Source of the DNA: Candidatus Zixiibacteriota bacterium
GTDB lineage: Bacteria; Zixibacteria; MSB-5A5; WJJR01; JAJRUJ01
Length of the DNA stretch: 64,000 nt
NCBI GenBank assembly: GCA_020051695.1
Contig: JAGVQM010000019.1
Span: forward strand, 15,221 to 79,220
Reading direction: 5' to 3'
In this document: one piece after another, positions 28,896 to 38,639 of the stretch
Layout: every line of letters starts with the position of its first letter
Position numbering within the stretch: position 1 is the first letter of the stretch
Program-made: the position numbers and the translations under genes
Notes under the pieces: generated by a model
Databases searched by the model: none
The model's input: the letters and a program-made list of their open reading frames with translations, nothing else
Told to the model about the DNA's origin: nothing

Positions 28896-30131
28896 CTAAT
28901 TCCGGGGCAGCATCGCGGCCAGGGCCGCGTCCATACCCGGCACGCAATTGTCCCAGAAAAAGCGAGTCACGACCCCGGCGAGCTGTCCGGCATTCCCCGG
29001 CAGCCGGCCGTCACGGGCAATGCATGCGGCAAGGTGCGCCAAACGATCCGCCAGCTCCTCGGGCGAACCGTTATAGAAATATTCACCCCTTGCTGCTGCG
29101 GTCCCGGCAGCAAGGATTTCCACATACGACAGCCGCCGTGGCAGCAGCGGCCAAGCCCCGGCGGCGATGGCCTCCACTGCGCTGATACCGAAAAACTCAT
29201 GAGTCGCAGTCGAGACAAAAACATCGGCTGTGGACAGCACGCCGACATACTCCTCCCGCCGCGCGAGGTACCCCCAGTGTTCAATCGCTTCGGCGAATTG
29301 TTCTTTCGCGCGGGAAAACGCGCCGGGGACTTCCGCAAACTGCTGACCGATGACACTCACGCGGAAGGTGACGCCGCGATCACTGAGTATGTGCAACGCC
29401 CGGAAAAAATCATCCGGATTTTTATCATGTTCCCAGCGGGCCGCCCAAACAATGCGTAACGGACCGGGCCGGCGCGCACCCCGCGCCGGAAAGTTTTCGA
29501 TGCCCGGCGGAAAAACCCGGGCTTTCCGGCGAAGTTGATCGACCACTGCCAACGGCTGATAATCGGGCATCCGGCGCAGGAATACATCCAGGGCATCAAG
29601 AAAACAATCGCGATGGTATGCAGAATTAAACCACACAGCCGCGGCCGTCAGCGCAGTGGTCAGATTGGTCATGGCAAAATGATAATCGCGTTCATGTTCC
29701 TCGCGCACGGGATAGGTCAGTTGGTTTTCGTGGAAATATGCCACTGCCGGCAGCACCCGGAGGGGTTCATCAACCAGCCCCCGAAACTCCGCGAGGTTGA
29801 GCATATCCGAACACCAGACCAGGTCCCACGCTTCGCCGCGCCGCAGGCGGCGGTCCAGCTCGGCGGCAAAAGTGACCGCGGCATGGCGCATCCGCCATTT
29901 CCATTTGGTGGCGGGCAGGGTCAGGAACGTCCAGTGATGAACACTGCATTTTGCCCAGCCGTCCAGAAAGGCCCGGTGGCTGCCGCCGTAGTATGGCTCC
30001 AGCGCGAGAACTCTCATTGGTCTGTCCCGGAACACAAGGTGAACGTTGCCGGGGACACCGGCAAGGTAATACGGCAGCGTTTCGACGGTAATCAGGCGGG
30101 TGGCCGGATCATCCGGCAACCGGGGGCGCAC
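28896..30131 (-). CDS. glycosyltransferase (GT4-like) with N-terminal DUF3524-like domain
   Basis: C-terminal 'EFFGISAVEAIAAGAWPLLP' EX7E-type GT-B motif. N-terminal half resembles the DUF3524 region of tRNA-queuosine mannosyltransferase-like enzymes. Confidence 0.5.
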   Translation of the reverse strand: MRPRLPDDPATRLITVETLPYYLAGVPGNVHLVFRDRPMRVLALEPYYGGSHRAFLDGWAKCSVHHWTFLTLPATKWKWRMRHAAVTFAAELDRRLRRGEAWDLVWCSDMLNLAEFRGLVDEPLRVLPAVAYFHENQLTYPVREEHERDYHFAMTNLTTALTAAAVWFNSAYHRDCFLDALDVFLRRMPDYQPLAVVDQLRRKARVFPPGIENFPARGARRPGPLRIVWAARWEHDKNPDDFFRALHILSDRGVTFRVSVIGQQFAEVPGAFSRAKEQFAEAIEHWGYLARREEYVGVLSTADVFVSTATHEFFGISAVEAIAAGAWPLLPRRLSYVEILAAGTAAARGEYFYNGSPEELADRLAHLAACIARDGRLPGNAGQLAGVVTRFFWDNCVPGMDAALAAMLPRN

Positions 30132-30143
30132 CCCTATTGCCGG

Positions 30144-30728
30144 TCAATCATAGAACCATTTCATCTTGCGCAACTCGGGGACCTCATAGCTGAGGTCCTC
30201 GGCGATTTCATTGAGTTCGTCGGCAGTTTCCTCCAGTCCCTCGGCTTCGGTTTCGAGGTCGGCGGCGTCATCTTCCAATTTTTCGCTCGCATCCTCGAGG
30301 TCACGTTCCAGGTCTTCCATTTCGTATTCGGTCAGAAACGCGCGCAGCACCCCGGCGGCCGCATTGACCCCCAGTTCGCCCCCGCGCAGACCGATTTCAC
30401 CGGCCTTGAGGCCGATTTTTTTGGCCTCAGCGACCAGTGCTATCGTCTGCTCATAGTAATGTTCCAGCAGCCGGTCGGCCTCGTCATCGGTTTCAATCGG
30501 GCGTCCGTTGATCGATAACCGATAGTCGGCGGTGATCTCGATCCATTCCAGACGCCGGCCCTCGTGTTCGAGGCGCAGCGTCCCATCGTCATCAATATCC
30601 ACTGATCGGTTGCCGCCGATATGATTCCGTTCGTGTGCTTCTCCGTGGCGCTCATCCATTGCCAAAGCGGGCAGCACCGGCAACAGGACAAACATCCCGG
30701 CCAGAAGTATGGTAATCGTCGTTTTCAT
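30144..30728 (-). CDS. secreted hypothetical protein with acidic coiled-coil C-terminus
   Basis: Start at MKTTITILL preceded by a GGGGAG RBS. Signal peptide. C-terminal run of D/E-rich heptads (EDASEKLEDDAADLETEAEGLEETADELNE). Confidence 0.5.
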   Translation of the reverse strand: MKTTITILLAGMFVLLPVLPALAMDERHGEAHERNHIGGNRSVDIDDDGTLRLEHEGRRLEWIEITADYRLSINGRPIETDDEADRLLEHYYEQTIALVAEAKKIGLKAGEIGLRGGELGVNAAAGVLRAFLTEYEMEDLERDLEDASEKLEDDAADLETEAEGLEETADELNEIAEDLSYEVPELRKMKWFYD

Positions 30729-30817
30729 AAACACTCCCCGATATTTTTCTAGCGTACGGTCGAACCGGAGCCGAAGTTGCATTTTTGCCGGGGGTGACGA
30801 AATACACAAAGACTAAT

Positions 30818-31321
30818 TCAAGGGGTCAGGCGGGCGATCAGATCGGCAAAACCGGGAAAGAGGCCGGTAAGTTCCTGCCGATCACCGGCTTCATAGTCTG
30901 AGCGGTCAAAACCGGGGGCCATGGTCGTGCCCAGCAAGGCGTAGGCGCCTCCCTCCCGCAGTACCGCTCCCTGCCAAACCCCGCGCGGCACCCGGATCTG
31001 CACGCGCTCGCCCCCCTGAAGATTGTGCCCCAGCGTCAGGAGTTCGACCTGCCCGGAGGGATGCAGCAACAGCAGGATCACCGGGTCTCCCATGTAAAAA
31101 TGATAGATCTCATCACTGGGCAGGCGGTGCAGCATGGATTGAGCATCCGGGGTCAGCAGGTATAATATCGAGGTGTACAACGACTTTTTTGCGCCGGATT
31201 GACCGGCCGGTATTTCGGCCCCGATTGATTCCTCGGCCCGAAAGGTTTCGACATAGTACCCACCCTCCGGTTCCAGCGGCCGCATACTGAACATTTCGAT
31301 CATTTGTTCCGGATCCAACAT
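30818..31321 (-). CDS. cupin-fold protein (DUF985-like)
   Basis: Start at MLDPEQ with an AAGGGAG RBS. Cupin-like length and composition. Confidence 0.5.
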   Translation of the reverse strand: MLDPEQMIEMFSMRPLEPEGGYYVETFRAEESIGAEIPAGQSGAKKSLYTSILYLLTPDAQSMLHRLPSDEIYHFYMGDPVILLLLHPSGQVELLTLGHNLQGGERVQIRVPRGVWQGAVLREGGAYALLGTTMAPGFDRSDYEAGDRQELTGLFPGFADLIARLTP

Positions 31322-31475
31322 AGTCGGCTCCCTTTTACTCGTGTCCGAGGACAGCACTATCCCCAATAATAAGTACGATATCCGGCGATTTCGGCCAATG
31401 AAAAAAGGCCGGGGAAAAACCCCGGCCTCAATTTCGGAAACAGACGCCGCGGCGTCGGCGCCGTTCGAGCAGTAA

Positions 31476-33383
31476 TTACAACTTGGCCAACTCCTCTTCC
31501 AGTCGGGTAACCAGCTTATCGACATGTTCGATAACCGCTTGGAATGTTTCAGGTTGCGTCAGGTCAACGCCCGCTTTTTTAAGCAATTCCATCGGGTAGT
31601 CGCTCCCGCCGGCTTTCAACAAGGTCATATAGCGATCGATTGCTGCCGCGCGGACTGCCTTGTCCGCCGACCTGATATCCTCGGCCAGCTTGGCCGAAGA
31701 GGCAAAACAGGTCGCGTATTTATAGACATAGTACGGCGTGCGGTAGAAATGGGCGATGCGGGTCCAGGTGGAACCGTACAGGTCGTCAAACACCACGGCA
31801 TCACCCTGATACGTCTTCCAAAGGCCGGTATACAATTCGGTCAGTGCATCGGCAGTGATCGGTTGGCCCTGTTCGGCCAGCTTATGCGCCTGCCACTCGA
31901 AATCGGCGAACATCACCTGGGTATAGAACGTGCCGATGATATTGTCGATGGTTTGCTGCAACAGGGCAATCCGCTCTTTGGGGTCCTGGCTTTTTTCCAT
32001 CATATAATCCAGAAACAATGCCTCATTGAGCGTGGAAGCCACCTCAGCCACGAAGATCGTATAATCGGCGGTGGCAAAGGGCTGGTTTTCATTGGACAAC
32101 ATAGTGTGCAGCGTATGGCCGGCTTCATGGGCCACGGTGAACGCCTCGCGGAGCGTTTCATTGTAATTCAGCAGCATATAGGGATGGACACCGTAGACAC
32201 CCGCGGAAAAAGCCCCGCCGCGTTTACCTTCATTTTCAAAGACATCGATCCACCCGCCCGCGAACGCCTGTTTCATTTTGGCCTGGTAGTCGGCGCCCAG
32301 CGGCGCGACAGATTCAACAATCCAGCCCGTGATCTCATCGTAATCATACACTTTGTCGAAATCCACGACCGGGATGGACCCGTCATAACCATGATACGTT
32401 TCCAGCCCCAGGGCTTTCTTGCGCAGTTGGTAATAGCGGTGTACCGGCGCGGTGCCCGCTTTGACGATGTTGACCAGGTTTTCGTATACGGAGGTCGGTA
32501 CATTATCGTCGTCTAAATAGGTCTCCAGCGTGGAGCCGTATTTGCGCGCCTGTGCCGTACCCCAGTCACGCTGCAGAATGCTGTTATAGGTCGCCGCATA
32601 CGTGTTGGCGTTGGCGTGGTATATCCCATAGTACTGCTGGAACGCCGCCGCCCGATCGGCCTGGTTGCGGTTGGTGGACAGGGTACTGTAATATTGTCCG
32701 GCCGTCATGGTGACCGTGTCGCCACCGGACAGGACGACCTCGGGGAATCTGATATCGGATGTAGACAATTCCTGATAAATCGAAGCCGGCGTACCCCGGA
32801 ACTGGCTGAAGTACGACAACAACTGTTCCTGTTCTTCGTTTAAGACATGTTGCTGCTGGCGATAGAGGTTCTCGATACTGTAACGGTAGGGGGCCAGTGC
32901 CGGTGTTTCGTTCAGCCATTTTTCGGTGGTCTCCCAGGGAATCGCCAGCAATTCCGGGTTGAACCAGGCCGTGGCCACGCTGAATTTGCCGAACAGGATT
33001 TGGACTTGCTGCAACTTGGCGGCGATTTCATTATTGCGTGTATCGGTTACGCTGGACAGCGACGGATACTGGTAGACTTTGTACGCCAGCATTCCCAGCG
33101 TGTCACCCAGCAAATAGGAACGCAACAACTGTTCCGGTCCCTGGGCCAGTGTTCCCTGTAAAGCGGCGTACCGGTCCATCACGTTCTCGAGCCGGGCCAG
33201 GTCTGCCTCCCAAGCGGTCCAGTCCGGATAAATGTCGTTGAGATCCCACTTGTACTGAGCCGGGATTTCAGCGCGCACCAGCGTGTTCGGTTTTGCCAAA
33301 GCTAGGGCGGCCATGGCCACTACCAGCACCATCGCGGCCAGCACGGCAATCACCGGGAACCGTCGGTTGTTCTGTTGCATGTA
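31476..33383 (-). CDS. pepF: oligoendopeptidase F (M3B family)
   Basis: 'HEAGHTLH' zinc-binding HExxH in an M3B context. N-terminal signal/anchor (FPVIAVLAAMVLVVAMAALALA). Start at ATG 33383 with an AAAGGAG RBS. Confidence 0.85.
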   Translation of the reverse strand, partial: YMQQNNRRFPVIAVLAAMVLVVAMAALALAKPNTLVRAEIPAQYKWDLNDIYPDWTAWEADLARLENVMDRYAALQGTLAQGPEQLLRSYLLGDTLGMLAYKVYQYPSLSSVTDTRNNEIAAKLQQVQILFGKFSVATAWFNPELLAIPWETTEKWLNETPALAPYRYSIENLYRQQQHVLNEEQEQLLSYFSQFRGTPASIYQELSTSDIRFPEVVLSGGDTVTMTAGQYYSTLSTNRNQADRAAAFQQYYGIYHANANTYAATYNSILQRDWGTAQARKYGSTLETYLDDDNVPTSVYENLVNIVKAGTAPVHRYYQLRKKALGLETYHGYDGSIPVVDFDKVYDYDEITGWIVESVAPLGADYQAKMKQAFAGGWIDVFENEGKRGGAFSAGVYGVHPYMLLNYNETLREAFTVAHEAGHTLHTMLSNENQPFATADYTIFVAEVASTLNEALFLDYMMEKSQDPKERIALLQQTIDNIIGTFYTQVMFADFEWQAHKLAEQGQPITADALTELYTGLWKTYQGDAVVFDDLYGSTWTRIAHFYRTPYYVYKYATCFASSAKLAEDIRSADKAVRAAAIDRYMTLLKAGGSDYPMELLKKAGVDLTQPETFQAVIEHVDKLVTRLEEELAKL

Positions 33384-33435
33384 CTTGCTCCTTTGTTGGA
33401 TGGCCTCTGCCATCGATTCACATCCAAAACCTGAA

Positions 33436-33464
33436 AACATATCGTGCAGGACCGCTGTTGTCAA
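33436..33464 (-). promoter_or_regulatory. sigma70-like promoter for pepF (TTGACA-17-TATGTT)
   Basis: On the minus strand, GTTGACA, 17-nt spacer, then TATGTT about 50 nt upstream of the pepF ATG. The -35 is embedded in an inverted repeat. Confidence 0.4.
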
Positions 33465-33634
33465 CCGATCCACCCAAATCGTTGACAATTAACATAATAT
33501 CGATTTCAGGGTTGGAAGGCCGGGTTCCCATGGGGACAGTTGCAATGGCCAACGGGTAGACTGTGGCTGTGGCTCGGAGCGAAAGCATGCGGGATTTGGT
33601 GTAGTGAATCGGGGGCTTTCCGCCAAAATCATTT

Positions 33635-34594
33635 CTAGTGTCGTTCCCGCCCAAAATTTTTACCTTTGGCGAAAACCAACGGCAGCAGCTGAGACGCCTC
33701 AATCAGGGTCATCCATAACCGCGCGGCCACGGCGATCATTGCCGCAAGTCCGGGCGACATTGTCGATGCCAGCAAAACGGACAGGACTCCTTCGCGCACC
33801 CCCAACCCTCCCGGCGCGAAGATCGCCAGGTAACCCAGCAAATAGGCGGCGCCGAAGCCGGCCGCTATTGCCCAGAACGAATCCGGTTGAAAGCCCAGAC
33901 CATGCAGCATACACCAAAACGACGCGCCGTAGAGCACCCACGAAATAACATAGAAGACCAGCAAAACCAGCGACCGGCCAAAGGACAATTGAATGACCAC
34001 CGGGGGCCGCTTGAAGAGGCGCAGACCGCAGTTGAGGATCCGGGCAAAGATGCCGGGATACAGAATGATCACAGCGAGCACGACCCCCAGGACCAATGGC
34101 AAAATCGATAACCCCTGAAAGATGGTGTGTCCCAGGACTGCCGTGACGAAAAGCGCCCCGGCGATCAGAGTAAATGCCTGATGCAATACTGTGCCGACAA
34201 ATGCCGTGGCCGTGGAATAGCCCTCCCGGTTGAGCATGTAAAACATCCCCATCATCGACCAGACCTTGCCCGGAAGGTATTTGCCGAGATTGGATAAAAC
34301 CGTAATGCGAAACGCCGTCCAGAATTTCAATCGCTGACCGGAGATGGAAAACAGCAAATACCGCCACAGTTGTACGAGACTGAGCGAAACCACCCATAAC
34401 AGCGCCGCCGAACAGGCCAGCCAGCTAAAATTGAACCTCCAGGGATAATCGCGGATGACATCCCATTGCGAGGCCATGGACCGCACGAGATAAAATAGAA
34501 CCGCCGCGAAAATCAGTATGAATATGACCGTGGTCAATACACCCTTCCGCGGTCGGGTCTGCTCGTGAATCCTAACATCGTTGTTATCAGGCAT
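33635..34594 (-). CDS. flippase-like / lysylphosphatidylglycerol-synthase-TM-region family membrane protein
   Basis: 319-aa, 8-TM protein with conserved basic residues in loops, like pfam LPG_synthase_TM/UPF0104. Tentative. Confidence 0.45.
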   Translation of the reverse strand: MPDNNDVRIHEQTRPRKGVLTTVIFILIFAAVLFYLVRSMASQWDVIRDYPWRFNFSWLACSAALLWVVSLSLVQLWRYLLFSISGQRLKFWTAFRITVLSNLGKYLPGKVWSMMGMFYMLNREGYSTATAFVGTVLHQAFTLIAGALFVTAVLGHTIFQGLSILPLVLGVVLAVIILYPGIFARILNCGLRLFKRPPVVIQLSFGRSLVLLVFYVISWVLYGASFWCMLHGLGFQPDSFWAIAAGFGAAYLLGYLAIFAPGGLGVREGVLSVLLASTMSPGLAAMIAVAARLWMTLIEASQLLPLVFAKGKNFGRERH

Positions 34595-34741
34595 TTGTCC
34601 TGCTCGCTGCCCCCATGGTTTTCTCCGGGGCTTGTTGACTTCGAGGCCTATTTAATTAGAATGCAACATCTTAAGTCAAGGCAAAACCATTATGGGGAAA
34701 GGCGGCGGCGCGGACGACATCACCGGCGAAGAACCGTAGAC

Positions 34742-34815
34742 TACCCCCGGCTGGATTCGAACCAGCTACCCTCGGCTTAGAAGGCCGATGCTCTATCCAT
34801 ATGAGCTACGGGGGC
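34742..34815 (-). tRNA. tRNA-Arg (anticodon TCT)
   Basis: Reverse complement folds as a cloverleaf: GCCCCCG/TA/GCTC...GAGC/A/TCGGC-CTTCTAA-GCCGA/GGGTA/GCTGG-TTCGAAT-CCAGC/CGGGGGT/A. CCA not encoded. Confidence 0.85.
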
Positions 34816-34828
34816 ATGTGCCGACGCT

Positions 34829-34858
34829 ATAATACGTCAAATAGGCGCCGCCAATCAA
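34829..34858 (-). promoter_or_regulatory. putative promoter for tRNA-Arg (TTGATT-18-TATTAT)
   Basis: The -10 lies ~13 nt upstream of the mature tRNA 5' end. Confidence 0.35.
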
Positions 34859-34919
34859 GAGGAAATCCGGTTCAGGACAAGCTGTCCGGCGGAAAAGATT
34901 ATGGCTGATAACAAGTTGC

Positions 34920-35684
34920 CTAGTTAATAAAGCCCAGCCAGTCGCCGAACAGGAAGCGCATGCGGCCGACCAACAGGGAAATACGCGCCATCACCGTGTA
35001 GCCGAAACCCGCGCCGAAAGTGACCATCAGCAGGTAAATGCCCACGCGCGAGGCGGCGCCGAATGCGCCCTTGTGTTCTTTGGAGAAAAAGAAATACACG
35101 ATCCCGCAAAAGACGCCAAGGAACACCACGACTGCTGACAGCGAATCCGTCGTCAGGAAACCGCCGTCCGGCCCGAACACGGCCAGCGGGTTGATCGTGT
35201 TATAAATCTGCCCGATAAAATCCGAACGCAGGTAGCGGACAAAATTCAATCCGGCAGTGGTCCCGACAATAAACGCCAGCGACCAGCGGGAAATCCAACC
35301 AAGCTTCGAAGACAACCGCAGCAATAAAATAATGCCCAAAATCAGCGGCAGGAGATACCAGTAATTCGGTTCGGCATCGGCCACCGAGGGTAAAAATGGC
35401 CGTACCGCCGGCGGATGCAGCCGCCCGATCAGGTTGGGGACCAGTGTCGTCCAAAACCCCATCGACATCCAGTACGCCGCCGAGACCCCAACAAACAAAT
35501 GCTCGGCAAATTTATAGAACGGGTTGTCTTTATACAAAAAGCTCAGGATACATAAAGTCAGGAACGCGCCGAACGTGATATAAAACCCTTCAAACGCCCG
35601 GGCATCGCGCGCCATGATCGAGATGACGAACGCAATGATCAGCACGATAAATCCGATCAGATAGATGATAGCCCTGCGTTGCAT
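34920..35684 (-). CDS. cassette protein D (copy 2)
   Basis: FLYKDNPFYKF and FFFSKEHKGAFGAASRVGIYLLMVTFGAGFGYTVMARISLLVGR motifs. Paralogue of 3388-4029. Confidence 0.7.
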   Translation of the reverse strand: MQRRAIIYLIGFIVLIIAFVISIMARDARAFEGFYITFGAFLTLCILSFLYKDNPFYKFAEHLFVGVSAAYWMSMGFWTTLVPNLIGRLHPPAVRPFLPSVADAEPNYWYLLPLILGIILLLRLSSKLGWISRWSLAFIVGTTAGLNFVRYLRSDFIGQIYNTINPLAVFGPDGGFLTTDSLSAVVVFLGVFCGIVYFFFSKEHKGAFGAASRVGIYLLMVTFGAGFGYTVMARISLLVGRMRFLFGDWLGFIN

Positions 35685-35687
35685 CGC

Positions 35688-36548
35688 CTATTTCGCCCGC
35701 GCTTTCCGTTTCCGGTCGATGAAAAAGGTCGCGTTGCCGATAATGATGAACAGCATGATCACGATATGCGCCACCGCCTGCGGCCCCATCATCTCCAGCC
35801 CGCCGTGCGGCATTTGCTCAAAATCGGGATATTTCCGGATCATTTCCGATTCGTATTCGGCTGCGCCCTTGATCCCCCCCATCATGCCCAGCATCTGGTT
35901 GGGATAATACGGATACAACTGCGGCGCCGAGACCGCGGTCACCCCGCCGGCCACCGGTATGTTGCCGGGGTCGCCGGCAAAAAGGATCCACTCTTTCAAA
36001 CCGGGAAAGCCGCCGCCGAAGGCCGCGATTAAGTCCATGTTTTTCAAACTGCGGACATCCCGCATCATCGGAATGCTGTCAATCTGCGTGCCGTTGACAT
36101 CGGTAGTATACATCTTCTTCATGTCGGTAATGATCACGTTGATCAGGCCCTGATTACCCGCCTTGTATCCCAGATGGACATAATCCACACCGCAAACCTT
36201 ATCCGGGAAATGTGTCGTGACGATACGGTCGATCGTCTCATCGGCCAGATTTTGCCCCGTGCCCCACAACGCCATGACATACAATTTCAGATTTCGCCGG
36301 CAACAGTGATACATCACGGCATCAACCATCGGTTGCTGTTCGGGAACAGTGGAGGGATCGAAATCCAGCGAAATCAACACCCGCGAACCCTCAGGCAGGG
36401 TCTCGATTTTATCGAAGATCTTCTGCACAATCGGCGTAATCCGCTCGGGAAAGATGACATTGAACAACAGGGGAATAATTACGGACAAGGCAATAAACAA
36501 AAAGATTATCCGCCGGTCGATGTTCTTGATGGTATCGAAAAAGGCCAT
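35688..36548 (-). CDS. cassette protein C (copy 2)
   Basis: 'IDRRIIFLFIALSVII' N-TM, 'SLDFDPSTVPEQQPM', 'GGIKGAAEYE', C-TM 'AVAHIVIMLFIIIGNATFF'. 3-nt gap to D2. Confidence 0.7.
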   Translation of the reverse strand: MAFFDTIKNIDRRIIFLFIALSVIIPLLFNVIFPERITPIVQKIFDKIETLPEGSRVLISLDFDPSTVPEQQPMVDAVMYHCCRRNLKLYVMALWGTGQNLADETIDRIVTTHFPDKVCGVDYVHLGYKAGNQGLINVIITDMKKMYTTDVNGTQIDSIPMMRDVRSLKNMDLIAAFGGGFPGLKEWILFAGDPGNIPVAGGVTAVSAPQLYPYYPNQMLGMMGGIKGAAEYESEMIRKYPDFEQMPHGGLEMMGPQAVAHIVIMLFIIIGNATFFIDRKRKARAK

Positions 36549-36552
36549 GGCG

Positions 36553-37341
36553 TTAATCCTTGTCCCGTCCGAGATATGTCCGTTCGATGCCCAGGATCAC
36601 CCGCAGCGACATCGAAATTACTCCCAGCGAAATGCCGATAATAATTGCCCGCTGGCCCGCCAGGTTGGGGACCCCCATAATCCAGTTGGTCAGGTTAGGC
36701 ACTTCGAAAAACGACAGCGCATCAGGCAGCCAGAACGTGGCATAGTACCCGGCGGGCGTCCGCCCCAGCAGAATGACAAAGGCAGTGACCAGCAGGACGG
36801 TGGCTTCCTTGTTTTTAGCCCGGAATGCGCGATACGACGCCGAGGCCACAAAAAAGGCCAGCAGCGCGTACATCGTCGCTTTCAGCGGAGTAAAGACATA
36901 CGTGAAAAAGTCCTGAAACACCGAGCCGGTGGCGGTGAGATTCCCCACCCAGCCGCCGGGGTTGCCGATTTTGAACAACCCGGCCCAGAGCATGACGAAA
37001 AATCCGATGAGTGTGACCATCGAGAAAAACCAGTCTTTGCCGCGCCGGTCCTCGATCCCGCCCATCGCATGGAAGGGAAACGCAATGAGCATCTTCAACG
37101 GCCAGAAGCCCCCCTGTTTCCTGCTTTCCGTGAAATAGAACTTCAACCCGCGGAAGAACCGCCCACTGTGGATCCGCACCAGGTTGCCGCCGCCGAGGAA
37201 GAAGGCAAACACGGCGATGATATCAAAATACAGGCTGAAATTTTCACCCAGCCGGCCGAACGGGTCATGCGGAATAAACGCCGCGATGATCAGCACCGCG
37301 CCGACGGTGAACGTGATTAATAATGGTACCTGCCGTTTCAT
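36553..37341 (-). CDS. cassette protein B (copy 2)
   Basis: Start reassigned to MKRQVPLL (ATG 37341) by alignment with B1 and B3. 'ATMYALLAFFVASASYRAFRAK' and 'VPNLAGQRAIIIGISLGVISMSLRVILGIERTYLG'. Confidence 0.7.
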   Translation of the reverse strand: MKRQVPLLITFTVGAVLIIAAFIPHDPFGRLGENFSLYFDIIAVFAFFLGGGNLVRIHSGRFFRGLKFYFTESRKQGGFWPLKMLIAFPFHAMGGIEDRRGKDWFFSMVTLIGFFVMLWAGLFKIGNPGGWVGNLTATGSVFQDFFTYVFTPLKATMYALLAFFVASASYRAFRAKNKEATVLLVTAFVILLGRTPAGYYATFWLPDALSFFEVPNLTNWIMGVPNLAGQRAIIIGISLGVISMSLRVILGIERTYLGRDKD

Positions 37342-37349
37342 GGTTTTGC

Positions 37350-38615
37350 CTATTGATTCAGCCGGAACAGATCGCGCACCCATTCGCCGGCGGTGGTGGC
37401 AATCCCGACATTAAACAATGACCCGATAGTCAGCAGTGTCACGCCGGCCAGGATCGCCAGCATCGCGATCATCTTGCCGACATCCTGCCCCTTCAACGAC
37501 CCCAGCTGGCGCGGTTCGTGCGACAGATAAGCCGAGGCGGCGAACAACTCCTCACCGATCAGCGTATAATCGCAGGCCGCGACAAAAAACGGCAGCTGTG
37601 CGGGCATCGCCGTGCCGGCGATCTGGATCGCCTCGATGGAATGGCCGGTCTCGGCCATAATCAGCGATTCGGCGAAAAACGCGCCGAGATAGAAACAGGT
37701 CGCCGGCCTTTCGCGCACCATGATCCCGTCCACCGCCGCGACATACCCGAACTGTTCGTCGGTGACATACTGCACATAATCATCCGAGTATGCATCGGGG
37801 CGCCCGGCGGCCAGATAGGCCTCTTTAATCGACTCGCGCGCGGTGGTCATCACAATCGAGCGTGAAGTCGGGACAAACAACTTGGAATCATATTCGGCGA
37901 TGGTCTTGGCGATCCGCCCCAAGATCGTAATCCCGGCCACGGTCTGCACGTCGTCCATGTCCTGGATGCCGGGGATAAACAAAATCGGCCGCCCCATTTC
38001 GGTGGCGCGTCCGATCGCCTCGTCGACCGCTTCGAGTCCGGCGATTTTGCGGATAAAGAGTATTTTGCCCCTTTTGGCCGAGGCGATGAAATACCCGATA
38101 AACAACGAGATGATTCCACCGACGACAAACAAATTCAGGATATTGAAATTAAACCACTGCGCGGACGATCGGACCGGACCGATCACCGGCGAAGACGACG
38201 AGCCCCCGGCTGTCTGGGTCTCGATTCTGTAATAGAAATCCGTCCCCGGCACGGTCGAGGCATCAGTGTATCTTTTTTCTCCGGCCGAGGAAAACCCGGT
38301 CTCGCGAAACGGCCCTTCCGGCGATTCGGCGCGCAAAATGCGGTAGCCCGTGACCAGGTTTTCGCCGGGACGGTCATCGGCCGACAGCTCCCAAAAGACA
38401 TTGATCGAATGCCCTTCATCGGAAGGCGTGTCTTCCGCCCCCGCATTGACCGGCGGCGCAGGCCGGCGGACCGCGGCCATCATCCCCGCAACGCCCGTAG
38501 CGGCGGAATCGGCCGGCGCCGAATCGACAACCTGGGCGACCATGCCGGAAGCCGGCAGCAGCATCCCTGCCAGAAGACAGCAAAAAAGAATTTTGTGCAG
38601 CACCTTCATGGTCAC
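37350..38615 (-). CDS. cassette protein A (copy 2)
   Basis: Signal peptide, Fn3-like 'NVFWELSADDRPGENLVTGYRILRA', TM, 'GRATEMGRPILFIPG...AESLIMAETG...QLPFFVAACDYTLIGEELFAASAYL'. Confidence 0.7.
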   Translation of the reverse strand: MTMKVLHKILFCCLLAGMLLPASGMVAQVVDSAPADSAATGVAGMMAAVRRPAPPVNAGAEDTPSDEGHSINVFWELSADDRPGENLVTGYRILRAESPEGPFRETGFSSAGEKRYTDASTVPGTDFYYRIETQTAGGSSSSPVIGPVRSSAQWFNFNILNLFVVGGIISLFIGYFIASAKRGKILFIRKIAGLEAVDEAIGRATEMGRPILFIPGIQDMDDVQTVAGITILGRIAKTIAEYDSKLFVPTSRSIVMTTARESIKEAYLAAGRPDAYSDDYVQYVTDEQFGYVAAVDGIMVRERPATCFYLGAFFAESLIMAETGHSIEAIQIAGTAMPAQLPFFVAACDYTLIGEELFAASAYLSHEPRQLGSLKGQDVGKMIAMLAILAGVTLLTIGSLFNVGIATTAGEWVRDLFRLNQ

Positions 38616-38639
38616 GACGTCAATTCAGTTTCAGACCGA

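Noticed and set aside
34594-34920. tRNA-Arg adjacent to the 8-gene array, considered as a genomic-island integration site
   Set aside because: No integrase, transposase, direct repeat of the tRNA 3' end, or compositional shift was seen around the array. The cassettes have genome-typical GC and a third copy sits among housekeeping genes.
36349-37320. 323-aa + strand ORF spanning cassette genes C2/B2
   Set aside because: Antisense to two conserved cassette genes. Highly charged Arg/Glu/His-rich composition, characteristic of GC-rich antisense frames.
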